Part shown: positions 1-9,607 of the stretch, one piece after another
Position numbering within the stretch: the first letter of the stretch is position 1
Layout of the letters: every line of letters starts with the position of its first letter
Source of the DNA: a virus
Strand: one strand, 5' to 3'
Length of the DNA stretch: 64,000 nucleotides
IMG/VR virus record: IMGVR_UViG_3300045988_168611
Coordinates: 32,001 to 96,000 of that record
Notes under the pieces: model-generated
Database searches by the model: none
Told to the model about the DNA's origin: nothing
What the model saw: only the letters and a program-made list of their open reading frames with translations
Position numbers and translations under genes: made by a program

Positions 1-926
1 TCGATTACGTCGGTATTCGTTCTATCGAAAAGCTCGACGCGAAAGAGAGCATGACCTGTATCTATGTCGACAACGATGAGCACCTGTATCAGGCTGGTGA
101 TTTCATCGTGACGCACAACACGGAGGTCACGAAGCAACTAGCGAAGATTCTTTTCGGTGATGATCAGCGGCACCTCATCCGGTTCGATATGACCGAATGG
201 GGTCGTGACGACAGTGTGGATCTGTTCCGCGAAGAGTTGTCGCGTCAGGTGTGGGCAACCAGTCACTGCGTGCTGCTCTTTGACGAGATCGAGAAGGCGT
301 CCCCGCTTGTCGTGCGTCTGCTGCTCCAGGTGCTCGATGATGGTCGACTCTCTGACAAAGATGGTCGACAGGTGTCGTTCTTGAACACCTACATCGTGTT
401 GACGACGAATGCTGGTTCGGAGATCTATCGCACCATTGGCGAGTACAACGCCGATGATCACGGTAGTGAGGCCAGCATGCGTGAGTATGAGAAGGTCATC
501 GAAGAGTCCATTAAGAGCACGGATGGCGGTAAGTTCCCGCCTGAGCTCCTGGGACGTATCGATGCGATCGTGCCGTTCCAGCCGTTGTCGCGGCCTACGT
601 TGCGCAAGATCATGATGAAGAAGCTGAGTGCTCTCAAGGCTGATGTGAAGCGTAAGCACGGTATCGATCTGACGATCGATAAGCGTGTTGTCGACTTCCT
701 GGTGGAAGATGAGTCGCGTAGTGATTCTGATGCAGGTGGTGCGCGTGACATGGTGCGTCGCATGCAGCGATACCTGTCGACGGAAGTTGCAGCGTTCATC
801 AACGAACACCCCGAGGAACGTGTGATCGCAGCCAAGATTGACGGCACGCTACGCAGCGAAGATGTGAATATTTTGAAGTCTGATGCTCGTGTGGTTGTCT
901 TGCCGTACGACAAGCCACAGGCTTAG
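1..926 (+). CDS. Clp/Hsp100-type AAA+ ATPase, D2-like C-terminal module; 5' end runs off the window
   Basis: The frame is open from nt 3 to TAG at 924-926. Hsp100 D2 hallmarks are present: Walker B LLFDEIEKA, LLLQVLDDGRLSDKDGRQVSF, sensor-1 IVLTTNAGS and PPELLGRIDAIVPF. The position aligned to the P-loop reads HNTEVTKQ instead of GxxGxGKT. Confidence 0.75.
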   Translation, partial: DYVGIRSIEKLDAKESMTCIYVDNDEHLYQAGDFIVTHNTEVTKQLAKILFGDDQRHLIRFDMTEWGRDDSVDLFREELSRQVWATSHCVLLFDEIEKASPLVVRLLLQVLDDGRLSDKDGRQVSFLNTYIVLTTNAGSEIYRTIGEYNADDHGSEASMREYEKVIEESIKSTDGGKFPPELLGRIDAIVPFQPLSRPTLRKIMMKKLSALKADVKRKHGIDLTIDKRVVDFLVEDESRSDSDAGGARDMVRRMQRYLSTEVAAFINEHPEERVIAAKIDGTLRSEDVNILKSDARVVVLPYDKPQA

Positions 927-1082
927 TCATATCGAATCTGCTCGTATGCGAGCACATTTGGCACAAAGTGTGATACCCTCGTATACGAGTGCAAACACAG
1001 TGTGCTTGCCGGTACCTGCACACATTCCCAATGATGCAGGTACCGGCTCACATACAACCGAATCGATCGAAAGGATTTGTCT

Positions 1083-3356
1083 ATGCTGTTTGGTAAGAAG
1101 GACGACACCAAGGTCGTCGACGAGCAGGTTGCTTCTGCCCCTGTTCTTGATAAGAAGGCTCAGAAGGCTGAGGCCAAGAAGGCCAAGGACTCTCTGGCGC
1201 TTGTCATCGATGAGACGGAGCCCGGTGCGGCTCTTGATCTCATCCGTAACAACGAGCGTTGGGCACTCCCCAATGGGGCTGGTGTCATCCTGTCTCTCCC
1301 CGTTGATGCACCCATCGAAGAAGGCGGTATCGGTGGCCTGGGCAAGGTCTCGTCCAAGGGGGACGAGAACAAAGGCTCGATTCTCCAGCGAATCGCTGAC
1401 GATAAGATTCAGGTCCTGATGACCCAGGATATGCTTCGTCACAACATTTTGGGCATTATCCCCACAGAGCAGTCTCTGAGCCCCGAAGGCATGGGTGAGT
1501 ACACCCTCTTCGACAAGGCTATTTTCATGCTCACGTCTGTTGACACGCGCGATGGGGCTCTCGTTGTGAACCCGATTCACTATGACGAACTGGCCGGTGT
1601 TCTCGACGTGCCTACTGGGGATGCCGATACGGTTACCCTGGCTCAGGCTCAGGCTATCTCTTCTGGGGCTGTGTCTCTGGCTTCTCTGATCCCGTCGCTG
1701 TGGCGTCGTCTGGGTGGCGAGGTTGACACTGAGTCGGTTGATTCGGAGTCCGAGGATCTCGTTGAGGATATTCCCGCGCCGCCATCGACAGACCATGCAG
1801 ATGAGTCTCTGGAAAATGTCGACAATCTGCCGGATTTCGACCCCGATGAGGTTCCAGACGAGCCTCTGGAAGACGAGCTTCCGTTCGATGAGGGCTCGTA
1901 TGACGACGATGATTCTGACATTGAAGATCCGTTCAAGGATCTCGATGTTGCATCGGATGTTGACACCGAGTCTGAGACTGATTCGTTTGGGGATGTTCCC
2001 GAGGTCGCAGAGAACCCCATCCCTGCCCCTGTCGTCGACAACCGTGTCTTCGATCGTGAGGCGGTGCGCAACACGATGGCGCGCAGGTTCCTCGATGAGG
2101 ATCTGGGCTTCACTGTCGATATGACGCCCTTCGAGGCCCTGTTTGGTCATGAAGAGGACGAAGCAAGCCGTTTCTCGCTGGATCATCTCAGCGATGAGAA
2201 CTGGCTCGATGGTCAGATCAAGCTGCTGTCTCAGCAGGCGAATGATGCACTGGCCCAGCAGCGTCGTCGTGACATCAGTGAGCTGCGCGATCTTTTCTTC
2301 TCGCTCGTGTCCAACACGGGCGATGAGATTGCTGCCCAGATGAGCACCGGACCTGGTGCTGACAACGTGTGGGCTCAGACGTTGGCTGAGGCTGATGCGA
2401 ACGCCGAGAAGTCTCGTGAGAGCCTTGTGGACATCGTGGGTGCACAGCGCGCCGCCATCATCGCCAAGTACGAGAAGGATAAGGAAGCGGATGCGCAGGC
2501 TAAAGCCGTGGAGGCGAAGTCTCTCTACGACGTGCGGCACAAGCCCAGTCTCGATCGAGAACTCGATGAGATTGAACCGAATCTCCGTGCAACCATCGAC
2601 GAGGATTACACTCTTCGTCGTCGCCAGATTCTCGATGCGCGCAAGCAGTCTGCGCAGGCTTCTTTCGACGCGGCTCTTACTCGCGTGATGGATCACCTGA
2701 TTCAGAAGCGCTCTGAGCAGGTTGCCCGTGAAGCGGAGCTCATGGAGCAGTTCCGTGACGATATGGGTCAGTTCTTGGATGAGAATCGCAAGGAAGACAT
2801 CGCTCGTGCCGAGGCTCTGCGAGAGCAGTTGTCTCGTGAGAATATCGTCGAGCAGAAGACTGTTGAATTTGCTGCTCGTGAGAAGGAGCTGCATGAGCAG
2901 ATCGCGCGTGAGCGCGAAGAGGCCGAGAAGCGTGCTCTGGCTGCTCAGGAGGAAACCAATAAGACTCTGGCGCGTATGCGTGAAGAGTGGGCTGTTCAGT
3001 TGGCTCAGGCCAAGGCTGAGGTCGAGCGTGCGAATGCGCGCACGGAAGAGGAAGCCGCTCGTGTGAATGTGGTGCGTGAGGAAATCTCGCGTCAGTATGA
3101 GAGCCAGATTGCTTTCCTGGAGAACGATCAGAAGACGCTGATGGCGCAGATGGACCGTGAGAGCCTTGTCGCCAAGCGCGCCAATCGTCTCTACATCGCC
3201 TTGGCGGTGCTGGTCGCTTTCGCGTTCCTCGCACTGGGTGTCATCGCTGGCATTCTGATTCACACTGCGTTCGGTGATGCACATACCGCAGCTGCGGCGA
3301 TCGCTGATGTCTCGGCACAGGTGAGCACCAATAGCGCAGCATCAATCGGTGTGTAA
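1083..3356 (+). CDS. Hypothetical acidic coiled-coil protein with C-terminal membrane anchor
   Basis: ATG at 1083 lies 7 nt after AAGGA (the track ORF begins at TTG 1077). The protein has a long D/E-rich disordered block (DSESEDLVEDI...DDDDSDIEDPF), about 350 aa of E/R/A/Q heptad-like sequence, and a terminal hydrophobic helix LYIALAVLVAFAFLALGVIAGILIH. A terminator follows. Confidence 0.7.
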   Translation: MLFGKKDDTKVVDEQVASAPVLDKKAQKAEAKKAKDSLALVIDETEPGAALDLIRNNERWALPNGAGVILSLPVDAPIEEGGIGGLGKVSSKGDENKGSILQRIADDKIQVLMTQDMLRHNILGIIPTEQSLSPEGMGEYTLFDKAIFMLTSVDTRDGALVVNPIHYDELAGVLDVPTGDADTVTLAQAQAISSGAVSLASLIPSLWRRLGGEVDTESVDSESEDLVEDIPAPPSTDHADESLENVDNLPDFDPDEVPDEPLEDELPFDEGSYDDDDSDIEDPFKDLDVASDVDTESETDSFGDVPEVAENPIPAPVVDNRVFDREAVRNTMARRFLDEDLGFTVDMTPFEALFGHEEDEASRFSLDHLSDENWLDGQIKLLSQQANDALAQQRRRDISELRDLFFSLVSNTGDEIAAQMSTGPGADNVWAQTLAEADANAEKSRESLVDIVGAQRAAIIAKYEKDKEADAQAKAVEAKSLYDVRHKPSLDRELDEIEPNLRATIDEDYTLRRRQILDARKQSAQASFDAALTRVMDHLIQKRSEQVAREAELMEQFRDDMGQFLDENRKEDIARAEALREQLSRENIVEQKTVEFAAREKELHEQIAREREEAEKRALAAQEETNKTLARMREEWAVQLAQAKAEVERANARTEEEAARVNVVREEISRQYESQIAFLENDQKTLMAQMDRESLVAKRANRLYIALAVLVAFAFLALGVIAGILIHTAFGDAHTAAAAIADVSAQVSTNSAASIGV

Positions 3357-3383
3357 TGCACGATGGTGTGATCACATAGAACA

Positions 3384-3424
3384 AGAGGTGCGGTGAGGGT
3401 TATCCTTGCCGCACCTCTTTTCTG
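3384..3424 (+). terminator. Rho-independent terminator
   Basis: AGAGGTGCGG (3384-3393) pairs with CCGCACCTCT (3409-3418) and is followed by TTTTCTGT. Confidence 0.7.
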
Positions 3425-3513
3425 TGTCTTTATCATCGTTTTCTCTGGTATGATTAGGTTGGTGAATCAACCGAATCGAAACGACGTAAGAGAAAGGTAG
3501 AAAGGTGGTGCAT

Positions 3514-6500
3514 ATGGCTTTCGGACGAAAGAAATCCGGTGGAGCAGCGCCCCGTGAACACGGTAGCCAAGCGTGGAATCAACTCGGTAAGCAGGATGAG
3601 CTTGACTCACTGGCTTACCAGGATGTTCATGGTGACCAGCAGCTAGAACGTAGTGACATCGAGGCAAAGATCTCTCCGGTGTCGCGCGAAGTCGCATCGG
3701 CTGTTGCCGGTGTGCTCGTCTTCATCCTCGTGTGGGCATTGTTCTCGTTTGGCACGATGGGTGTGACCATGGGCCGTGACGCCCTGTGGCGTTCGTCTGT
3801 TCCGAGCTACGCAGTACAGAACAAGGCTCTGACGAAGGAGCTGGGCAAGCCTGTGTGGAGCGAAGGGTGTTTCTCCCCAGCTCTGGAAACAGGTGAGATC
3901 GATACGTCCGATGAGACGTGCTATGAGGATGCTGAGGATGTTCCTGAGCCACAGTGGCACGTGGATGCCGTCGCAGCAGAAAAGGCTGATCGAGATGCTG
4001 AGTTGGCTCAGCGTCCGAACAGTGCGATCGGTTGGATGCTGTCGTTCGATTGGCTGAAGTTCGTCATGTCGTCGATTGCTGGTCTTGTTGTGTGGGGCTT
4101 GCTGCGTATGCGTTTGCTGCGCAACCTCAAGGCGCAGAATCTCATGCGCGATACCACTGACATCAACCAATACAAAAATGACCAGCACGTAGCACTCCCC
4201 GAAGAAGTGCGTGAGCGTTTCGATGTGGTGCCTGATGTGGGTGCGCACACGGGCGTGAGTGCAACGACGCTGATCTCTCACTCGATGGTTTCGAACAAGG
4301 GCATCGAGAAGGTTGCGTTTGCACAGCGAGCTGAGAAGGACATTCTCGATGAGGATGGCGATGTGGCTCTGTTCGAGGGAGAAGCTCTCACGGACGACAA
4401 TGGCGATGTTGTGACCAAGATGGTTCCGATGTTTGACGAAGAGTTCGGCACAGCCCTGTGGAACGCATCAGGACTGCCGGATAACAAGCAACTGCGTCGC
4501 CGTCTCGATCCTCGTAACGTGCCGTACAACCCAGGCAATGCCAACCGAGATAAGCTCAAGGGTTTCAATACCCTGGCTGATCTGGTGAACGGTGAGTGGG
4601 AACTTCCAACGTATGAGCCACAGCGTCCGGCTGGCGTCTACTACGTGGATACAGCTCCTGCGAACACCATGATTCTGGCTATGACTCGTGCCGGTAAGGG
4701 TCAGACGTACATTGAGCCAATGCTCGATATTTGGATGCGTCAGAAGCGTCCAGACAACATGATCATCAATGATCCTAAGGGTGAGCTCTTGGTGAAGAAC
4801 TATGTCCGCGCTACCATGCGCGGATTCCAGGTTGTGCAGTTCAACCTCATCAATGCCATGAAGACTGACATCTACAACCCTCTCGGAATGGCGGCTGAGG
4901 CTGCTCGTGAGGGTGACCAAACCAAGTGTGCTCTGTATGTCGAGAACATCGCAGATGTCTTCTTCCCTGTGGACGGCGCAGAAGATCCCGTGTGGCCGAA
5001 CGCTGCGAACAACGCGTTCAAGCGTGCAGCATATGGTCTCATTGATTACTACCTGGAAGAAGAGCACCAGCTGCGTCAGTACGCGATGCGCCACGGTATG
5101 GATCAGAAGGTTCTGGAACAGAAGCTCGATGCCATGTGGGGCAAGGTGACGCTCTACAACTGCTACCAGCTGTTCGTGCAGCTCACGAGTAAGAAGCGTA
5201 AGTCTCCGATGACTCAGGTGAACGAGCGCATCAAGAGCGGCTACTACGATCAGCAGTCGTCCGATCCTGATGAAGTCGACGCTCTGATTGAGCACGACAA
5301 GATGCAGGCTGAGCGCATTGAGTTCCTGTGGGAAGGTAAGCCGGAGTCTGACCTGCTCACCCTGTTCTTCAACGCCACTGAGGCTTTGCCTCAGTCGACG
5401 ATGCGTACGTTGATCGCTAACGCGAACAACGCGCTGCGTGCAATGGCTGGAGCCGAGAAGATGCTCGCATCTGTGTACGGTATTGCTATTACGGCAATGT
5501 CATTCTTCACGGATCCGACGATCTCTACTTTGACCTCTGGTACGCCGTCGCAGAACACCGACCTTGGGGGTCTGTCGTTCCCTCGTCGTTTCGGTGTGCG
5601 TTTTGCTCAGAACTTCACCAAGCGTGATGGTCTTATTGGCGCTCAGGCGAAGTGGGATGCATTTGATGATCCTGAGTTGAAGCACAACCTCGGTAAGGAT
5701 TTCGAGCACGAGGATACTGTGGTTCGAGAAGGATGGGCCCGGTACTATTTCGACGGTAAGTTCCCACATGACGTTGCCTACCTGCGACTGCGTTTGTTCA
5801 ACACCCATACGGGTGTTCTCCTGAAGACGTTCTACTTCCAGTTCACGAAGGGCTACCAGCTCTCGCTGAATGGTCGTAAGTTCGTCAAGGATCCGATCAC
5901 GGGTCAGAAGATCGTCCGTAATGGTGTTCTTGTGGAGATGGTGAAGGGTGAGAACGGTGTTCTCGTTCCTGGTCATCTGCGTTATCCGGCAACCCGTCTG
6001 TTGGATAAGGCTGGCAGTCTCAAGACTGTGCGAGAGAATGTTCCTGCGATCATCTTGTCGTCGGTTCGTTACTCGGAGCAACCAAAGGCTGTGTTCCTCG
6101 TGACGCCGCCTCACTTAATGAAGTACGCGAAGCTCGTGCTGATTCTTGTGAAGCAGTTGGTGGATCTGAATTTCGACAAGTCGTATATGACGAAGGCAAA
6201 CCAGAAGCCGCTCTACAAGACTCGTTTCATGTTGGACGAGCTCGGCAACTTGCAGTCTGAGGGCCACGGTATCTCTGGTTTTGAGACCATGCTCTCCATT
6301 GGTCTGGGTCAGGAGCAGCAATTTACGCTGATTCTTCAGACGTTGCAGCAGGCCAGAGACGTGTATGGCGACAGTGTGGATAAGATCATCCAGGGTAACG
6401 TGGCGAACATTGTGTTCCTGAAGTCGACGGATGACACGATGATCGAAACTTTGGCCAAGATGTCTGGTACACGCCACCGCGCTGTGCGAGATTCGAAGAC

Positions 6501-7560
6501 GGTGACTCAGGATACTGAGCGTCTCATCGAAGGTTTGAACGTTGAGGGCAAGGTGTCGTACACGATCAGTGCGAAGGAGGAAAGTGTCATCGGGTACAAC
6601 GATTTGGCGTTCTTGCCGGAGCGTAACTCGATTATCTTCTCGGCAGGCATCTCGCCAATCTGGAACCGTAATGCGGAGATTCTTCCGATGTCGTGGCGCT
6701 TGTTCAGCAACACCATCAAACACCCAGGTCACGAGTATTCGCTACAAACTATTCCGACGCTCTCGTCGGCACTAGAGTTTGACGTGCGTCTCAACCAGCC
6801 TGACTTCATGAAGATGCTCGATAAGCGTATCGAGCAGGCTGCAAATGCAGCTGAGGCGATGGAGTTGTACCAGGAGGCATACGATCTGGATGATTATGGC
6901 ATCTCGATTCTGGATCCCGATGTGTACTCGGCTGAGGTTATGGACCTCATCGCCTCGATCGAGGAAGAGCGTAAGGGCCACGACATGGAGAACGAAGAGT
7001 ATGACATGGACAGTGACGAGGCTCTGCGTGCTCAGTTGGGCTCTGGTTACGACATGTTCAACGAGGATGACGAGATTAACGAAGATGTCCGAGAGGATCT
7101 TGCTGCTCGTCAGGAGATGTTGGCCGATCGAGCGAAGATGCGCTACGCGGAAGGTCAGATTAGCCGTGAGCATCTGATGAGTGAGAGTGGACAGGTGTTG
7201 CACCATCTCGATGGTGACATCATTGCTGCGTATCGTGAAGCGAAGCACCCAATGGCGTCTGATGCACGGTTCTTCAGAACCGATGCGAATGGTTCGCTGT
7301 GCTCGTTGGATGGACAGATGTACATCAGTCAGGGTGTGTCGAGTGATGAGCTGCGTACTCTCCAAGCTGCATCGTCCGATGAGACGAGCGGTGTGTATGC
7401 AGACGATGAGTCGATCTCTGAGATCGCGGATCTGGGCTCGTGGCGAGTTCATGATGCGTTCTATAGGTTCTTGCACGGCCTGGAGTCGTGGGAGGATCTC
7501 GGCGGAGGCGCTTTCGATCGCGCTATTGCGCGAGTGTTCGAACGTCGAGAGAACGAGTGA
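3514..7560 (+). CDS. Type IV secretion coupling protein (VirD4/TraG family) with N-terminal TM segments and long acidic C-terminal extension
   Basis: ATG at 3514 follows GAAAGGTGG. Two hydrophobic helices lie near the N-terminus. The VirD4-type P-loop context is MILAMTRAGKGQTYIEPMLDIW...INDPKGELL. The Walker B / TraG motif is RFMLDELGNLQ...FTLILQTLQQARDVYG...NIVFLKSTD. Confidence 0.85.
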   Translation: MAFGRKKSGGAAPREHGSQAWNQLGKQDELDSLAYQDVHGDQQLERSDIEAKISPVSREVASAVAGVLVFILVWALFSFGTMGVTMGRDALWRSSVPSYAVQNKALTKELGKPVWSEGCFSPALETGEIDTSDETCYEDAEDVPEPQWHVDAVAAEKADRDAELAQRPNSAIGWMLSFDWLKFVMSSIAGLVVWGLLRMRLLRNLKAQNLMRDTTDINQYKNDQHVALPEEVRERFDVVPDVGAHTGVSATTLISHSMVSNKGIEKVAFAQRAEKDILDEDGDVALFEGEALTDDNGDVVTKMVPMFDEEFGTALWNASGLPDNKQLRRRLDPRNVPYNPGNANRDKLKGFNTLADLVNGEWELPTYEPQRPAGVYYVDTAPANTMILAMTRAGKGQTYIEPMLDIWMRQKRPDNMIINDPKGELLVKNYVRATMRGFQVVQFNLINAMKTDIYNPLGMAAEAAREGDQTKCALYVENIADVFFPVDGAEDPVWPNAANNAFKRAAYGLIDYYLEEEHQLRQYAMRHGMDQKVLEQKLDAMWGKVTLYNCYQLFVQLTSKKRKSPMTQVNERIKSGYYDQQSSDPDEVDALIEHDKMQAERIEFLWEGKPESDLLTLFFNATEALPQSTMRTLIANANNALRAMAGAEKMLASVYGIAITAMSFFTDPTISTLTSGTPSQNTDLGGLSFPRRFGVRFAQNFTKRDGLIGAQAKWDAFDDPELKHNLGKDFEHEDTVVREGWARYYFDGKFPHDVAYLRLRLFNTHTGVLLKTFYFQFTKGYQLSLNGRKFVKDPITGQKIVRNGVLVEMVKGENGVLVPGHLRYPATRLLDKAGSLKTVRENVPAIILSSVRYSEQPKAVFLVTPPHLMKYAKLVLILVKQLVDLNFDKSYMTKANQKPLYKTRFMLDELGNLQSEGHGISGFETMLSIGLGQEQQFTLILQTLQQARDVYGDSVDKIIQGNVANIVFLKSTDDTMIETLAKMSGTRHRAVRDSKTVTQDTERLIEGLNVEGKVSYTISAKEESVIGYNDLAFLPERNSIIFSAGISPIWNRNAEILPMSWRLFSNTIKHPGHEYSLQTIPTLSSALEFDVRLNQPDFMKMLDKRIEQAANAAEAMELYQEAYDLDDYGISILDPDVYSAEVMDLIASIEEERKGHDMENEEYDMDSDEALRAQLGSGYDMFNEDDEINEDVREDLAARQEMLADRAKMRYAEGQISREHLMSESGQVLHHLDGDIIAAYREAKHPMASDARFFRTDANGSLCSLDGQMYISQGVSSDELRTLQAASSDETSGVYADDESISEIADLGSWRVHDAFYRFLHGLESWEDLGGGAFDRAIARVFERRENE

Positions 7561-7585
7561 TTCTCGTGGTGTGAGAGATGCATGA

Positions 7586-7628
7586 GAACCGGGTGGTAGT
7601 CCAATAGACTGCCACCCGGTTCTTTGTT
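7586..7628. terminator. Bidirectional terminator between convergent genes
   Basis: AGAACCGGGTGG (7586-7597) pairs with CCACCCGGTTCT (7612-7623) and is followed by TTGTTG. Confidence 0.65.
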
Positions 7629-7643
7629 GTGTGCTATGCAGAT

Positions 7644-9428
7644 TCAGCGTTCGACGTTCTTGATCCACCGGGTCTTACCCGCGTCATAGATCCTGTAGAG
7701 CTTGTTGGCTAGTGCCGCTTGGTGCTCAGTTTGACCAGGTTTATAGACGAGATCAGGATTGTCGATGAAGCTCTGCTTGGTGTACGTGGAGCGGTGAACA
7801 CGTCGCCATCTCGTGTGGCGTCCGACGTAGCTGTAGCTCGGAGCTTGCTGTTTATCCACAACGAAGCCTGCTGCTTGGTACATCCCGCCGTCAGAGATGT
7901 CGTTATCGCTCCACGATGTCCACGTGTCGACAGGCACAAGCGTCTCAGCGTGAGCAAGGAGCTTGGTGAAACCACCGACGATGACACCCAGTGTTGCGTA
8001 ACGCTGGATGTCCCATGTTCCCGCTGGCAACGAAACGCGCGAACCGTGGTTTTTGCGACCGATGCCAAGCAGAGCACGCAAAACATCGTTCGAGTCATAG
8101 AGGCCAACGTTGACGGTGCAATGAACCGACCCCTGGAGGTGATTGTCCTGCCAGAAACGTCGGGCAATGCCGCCATGGACGAGTTTCACCGTCAGGTTGC
8201 GTGCGTAGAGACGCTCACAGGCCAGCGGGTTGATGTCCGGTAGGACATCGGGCAGACGGTCAACAGCGTGCAGCCTGTGGGCGAGAGCTCGTAGAACGAG
8301 ATCGCGTCGGTGCAGCCAGTCGTCTTCCCATACGTGGACGAGCTGGTACCCTTGCAAGCTCGCCTCGCGTGTTTTGCTCGCGTGGTAGCCGTGAGGCAGA
8401 GTGCGCGAGTGCGCTTCAACGGTTGCGGCCTCGGAGTGCCAGAACACGCCGTTGAACTCGATAGCCAGGTGTTGGTTAGGAATGACAATATCCAGTTCTT
8501 TACCCGAGGGGAGAACTGTATGGTCGTCACCGAGGACCGTGCTGTCGGGGACAAGCGCCTGGATCATCTCGGTCAGGAGTGTTTGCGATGGGTTGGCGTG
8601 GAGCCTGTAACACATTGGGCAACCCGAGGGTTTCACACGGTTACTTGGAGCAGCAAGCCATGTGTGTTCCGGGTTGACCTGGCATTGCCATAGCACAGGT
8701 TCGCCTCCACCCTTGCTCACTACAGTCGTCAAAGACTGATCAACGAGCTGCGAGGCCAAAGCAGGATGTGTGGTCGCTAGGTCATTAACACCAGGAACGA
8801 TCTTTCTCCCGGAGCAGTACGGGCAACCGGTCTTTTTAGTCGTACGGCTGTATGGCGTTGCTTCCCATGTATGATCAGGGTTTTTGGGGCACTGCCAGAG
8901 CACGGATGTGTTTGATCCTGGCTTGAGAGTGGTAGCAAGAGACCGGTCGACGAGCTCAGCAGCCAACTTGGGATGTGTAGTTGCCAAGTCGCTTTGACCA
9001 GAGACGGCACGGCGACCTGAACACTGAGGGCAGCGCGTTCCTTGGCGTGCGACGTTGCTGAGCGGAGCAGTCCAGTGATCGTGCATAGGGTTACCGCACC
9101 AGAACTCAACTTTCTTGTTGGAAGAGCCGGTGAGCTTTGTTTGTAGGCTCGTATCGACCATGAGAGCAGCCGCTTCGGGGTGAGTGGTGGCAACGTCGTT
9201 GACACCGGGGATCACAGTCTTGCCGTTACATACGCTGCATCCGGTGGGGTTCTTCGCGTTCGTGCGGTTCATGGGGCTGGCCCACCACACGTGACGAGAG
9301 TCAACGGGGCAGCGCCATTGAACCTTCTTGTTTGAACCGCGAGCGATGGATCGTAGGGATTGATCCACAAGCTGGTCAGCAAGGGCGGGATTGAACTGCT
9401 CAAGGGTCTGGGAGGGTTTTCTCGGCAT
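7644..9428 (-). CDS. Zinc-ribbon repeat protein (4 DUF4379-like treble-clef repeats) fused to an endonuclease-like (DUF559/Vsr-like) core and a C-terminal domain
   Basis: Four repeats of about 62 aa fit W-x-C-x(5-8)-H-x-W...GCPxCsG+x(3)PGVNDLATTHPxLAxxLVD. These are followed by ELDIVIPNQHLAIEFNGVFWHSE...LVHVWEDDW. Confidence 0.6.
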   Translation of the reverse strand: MPRKPSQTLEQFNPALADQLVDQSLRSIARGSNKKVQWRCPVDSRHVWWASPMNRTNAKNPTGCSVCNGKTVIPGVNDVATTHPEAAALMVDTSLQTKLTGSSNKKVEFWCGNPMHDHWTAPLSNVARQGTRCPQCSGRRAVSGQSDLATTHPKLAAELVDRSLATTLKPGSNTSVLWQCPKNPDHTWEATPYSRTTKKTGCPYCSGRKIVPGVNDLATTHPALASQLVDQSLTTVVSKGGGEPVLWQCQVNPEHTWLAAPSNRVKPSGCPMCYRLHANPSQTLLTEMIQALVPDSTVLGDDHTVLPSGKELDIVIPNQHLAIEFNGVFWHSEAATVEAHSRTLPHGYHASKTREASLQGYQLVHVWEDDWLHRRDLVLRALAHRLHAVDRLPDVLPDINPLACERLYARNLTVKLVHGGIARRFWQDNHLQGSVHCTVNVGLYDSNDVLRALLGIGRKNHGSRVSLPAGTWDIQRYATLGVIVGGFTKLLAHAETLVPVDTWTSWSDNDISDGGMYQAAGFVVDKQQAPSYSYVGRHTRWRRVHRSTYTKQSFIDNPDLVYKPGQTEHQAALANKLYRIYDAGKTRWIKNVER

Positions 9429-9520
9429 GGTGACGGTCCTTTCTTTGGTCCGTGTTGTTTACATTATTCAGTGTATCACGTGTGGTCTACTGTGCGTGTA
9501 CGTTTTTCTTGTGTTTCCAG

Positions 9521-9549
9521 TCGAAATAGGGGTTTTTCTCGGGTAGAAT
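9521..9549 (+). promoter_or_regulatory. Candidate sigma70-type promoter of the RNAP operon
   Basis: TCGAAA (9521-9526), a 17-nt spacer, then TAGAAT (9544-9549), about 60 nt upstream of the ATG at 9608. Confidence 0.35.
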
Positions 9550-9607
9550 GGAGGGCGTAATACCCGATCGATCCAGTGGATCGAAACTCCAGGAAGGAGA
9601 ATGCGTT

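Noticed and set aside
927-3284. 785-aa ORF on the minus strand, antisense to the 1083-3356 gene.
   Set aside because: This is a typical GC-rich shadow ORF. It has no RBS and a low-complexity Leu/Arg/Ser-rich translation. The sense strand has an RBS, a terminator and coherent domain structure.
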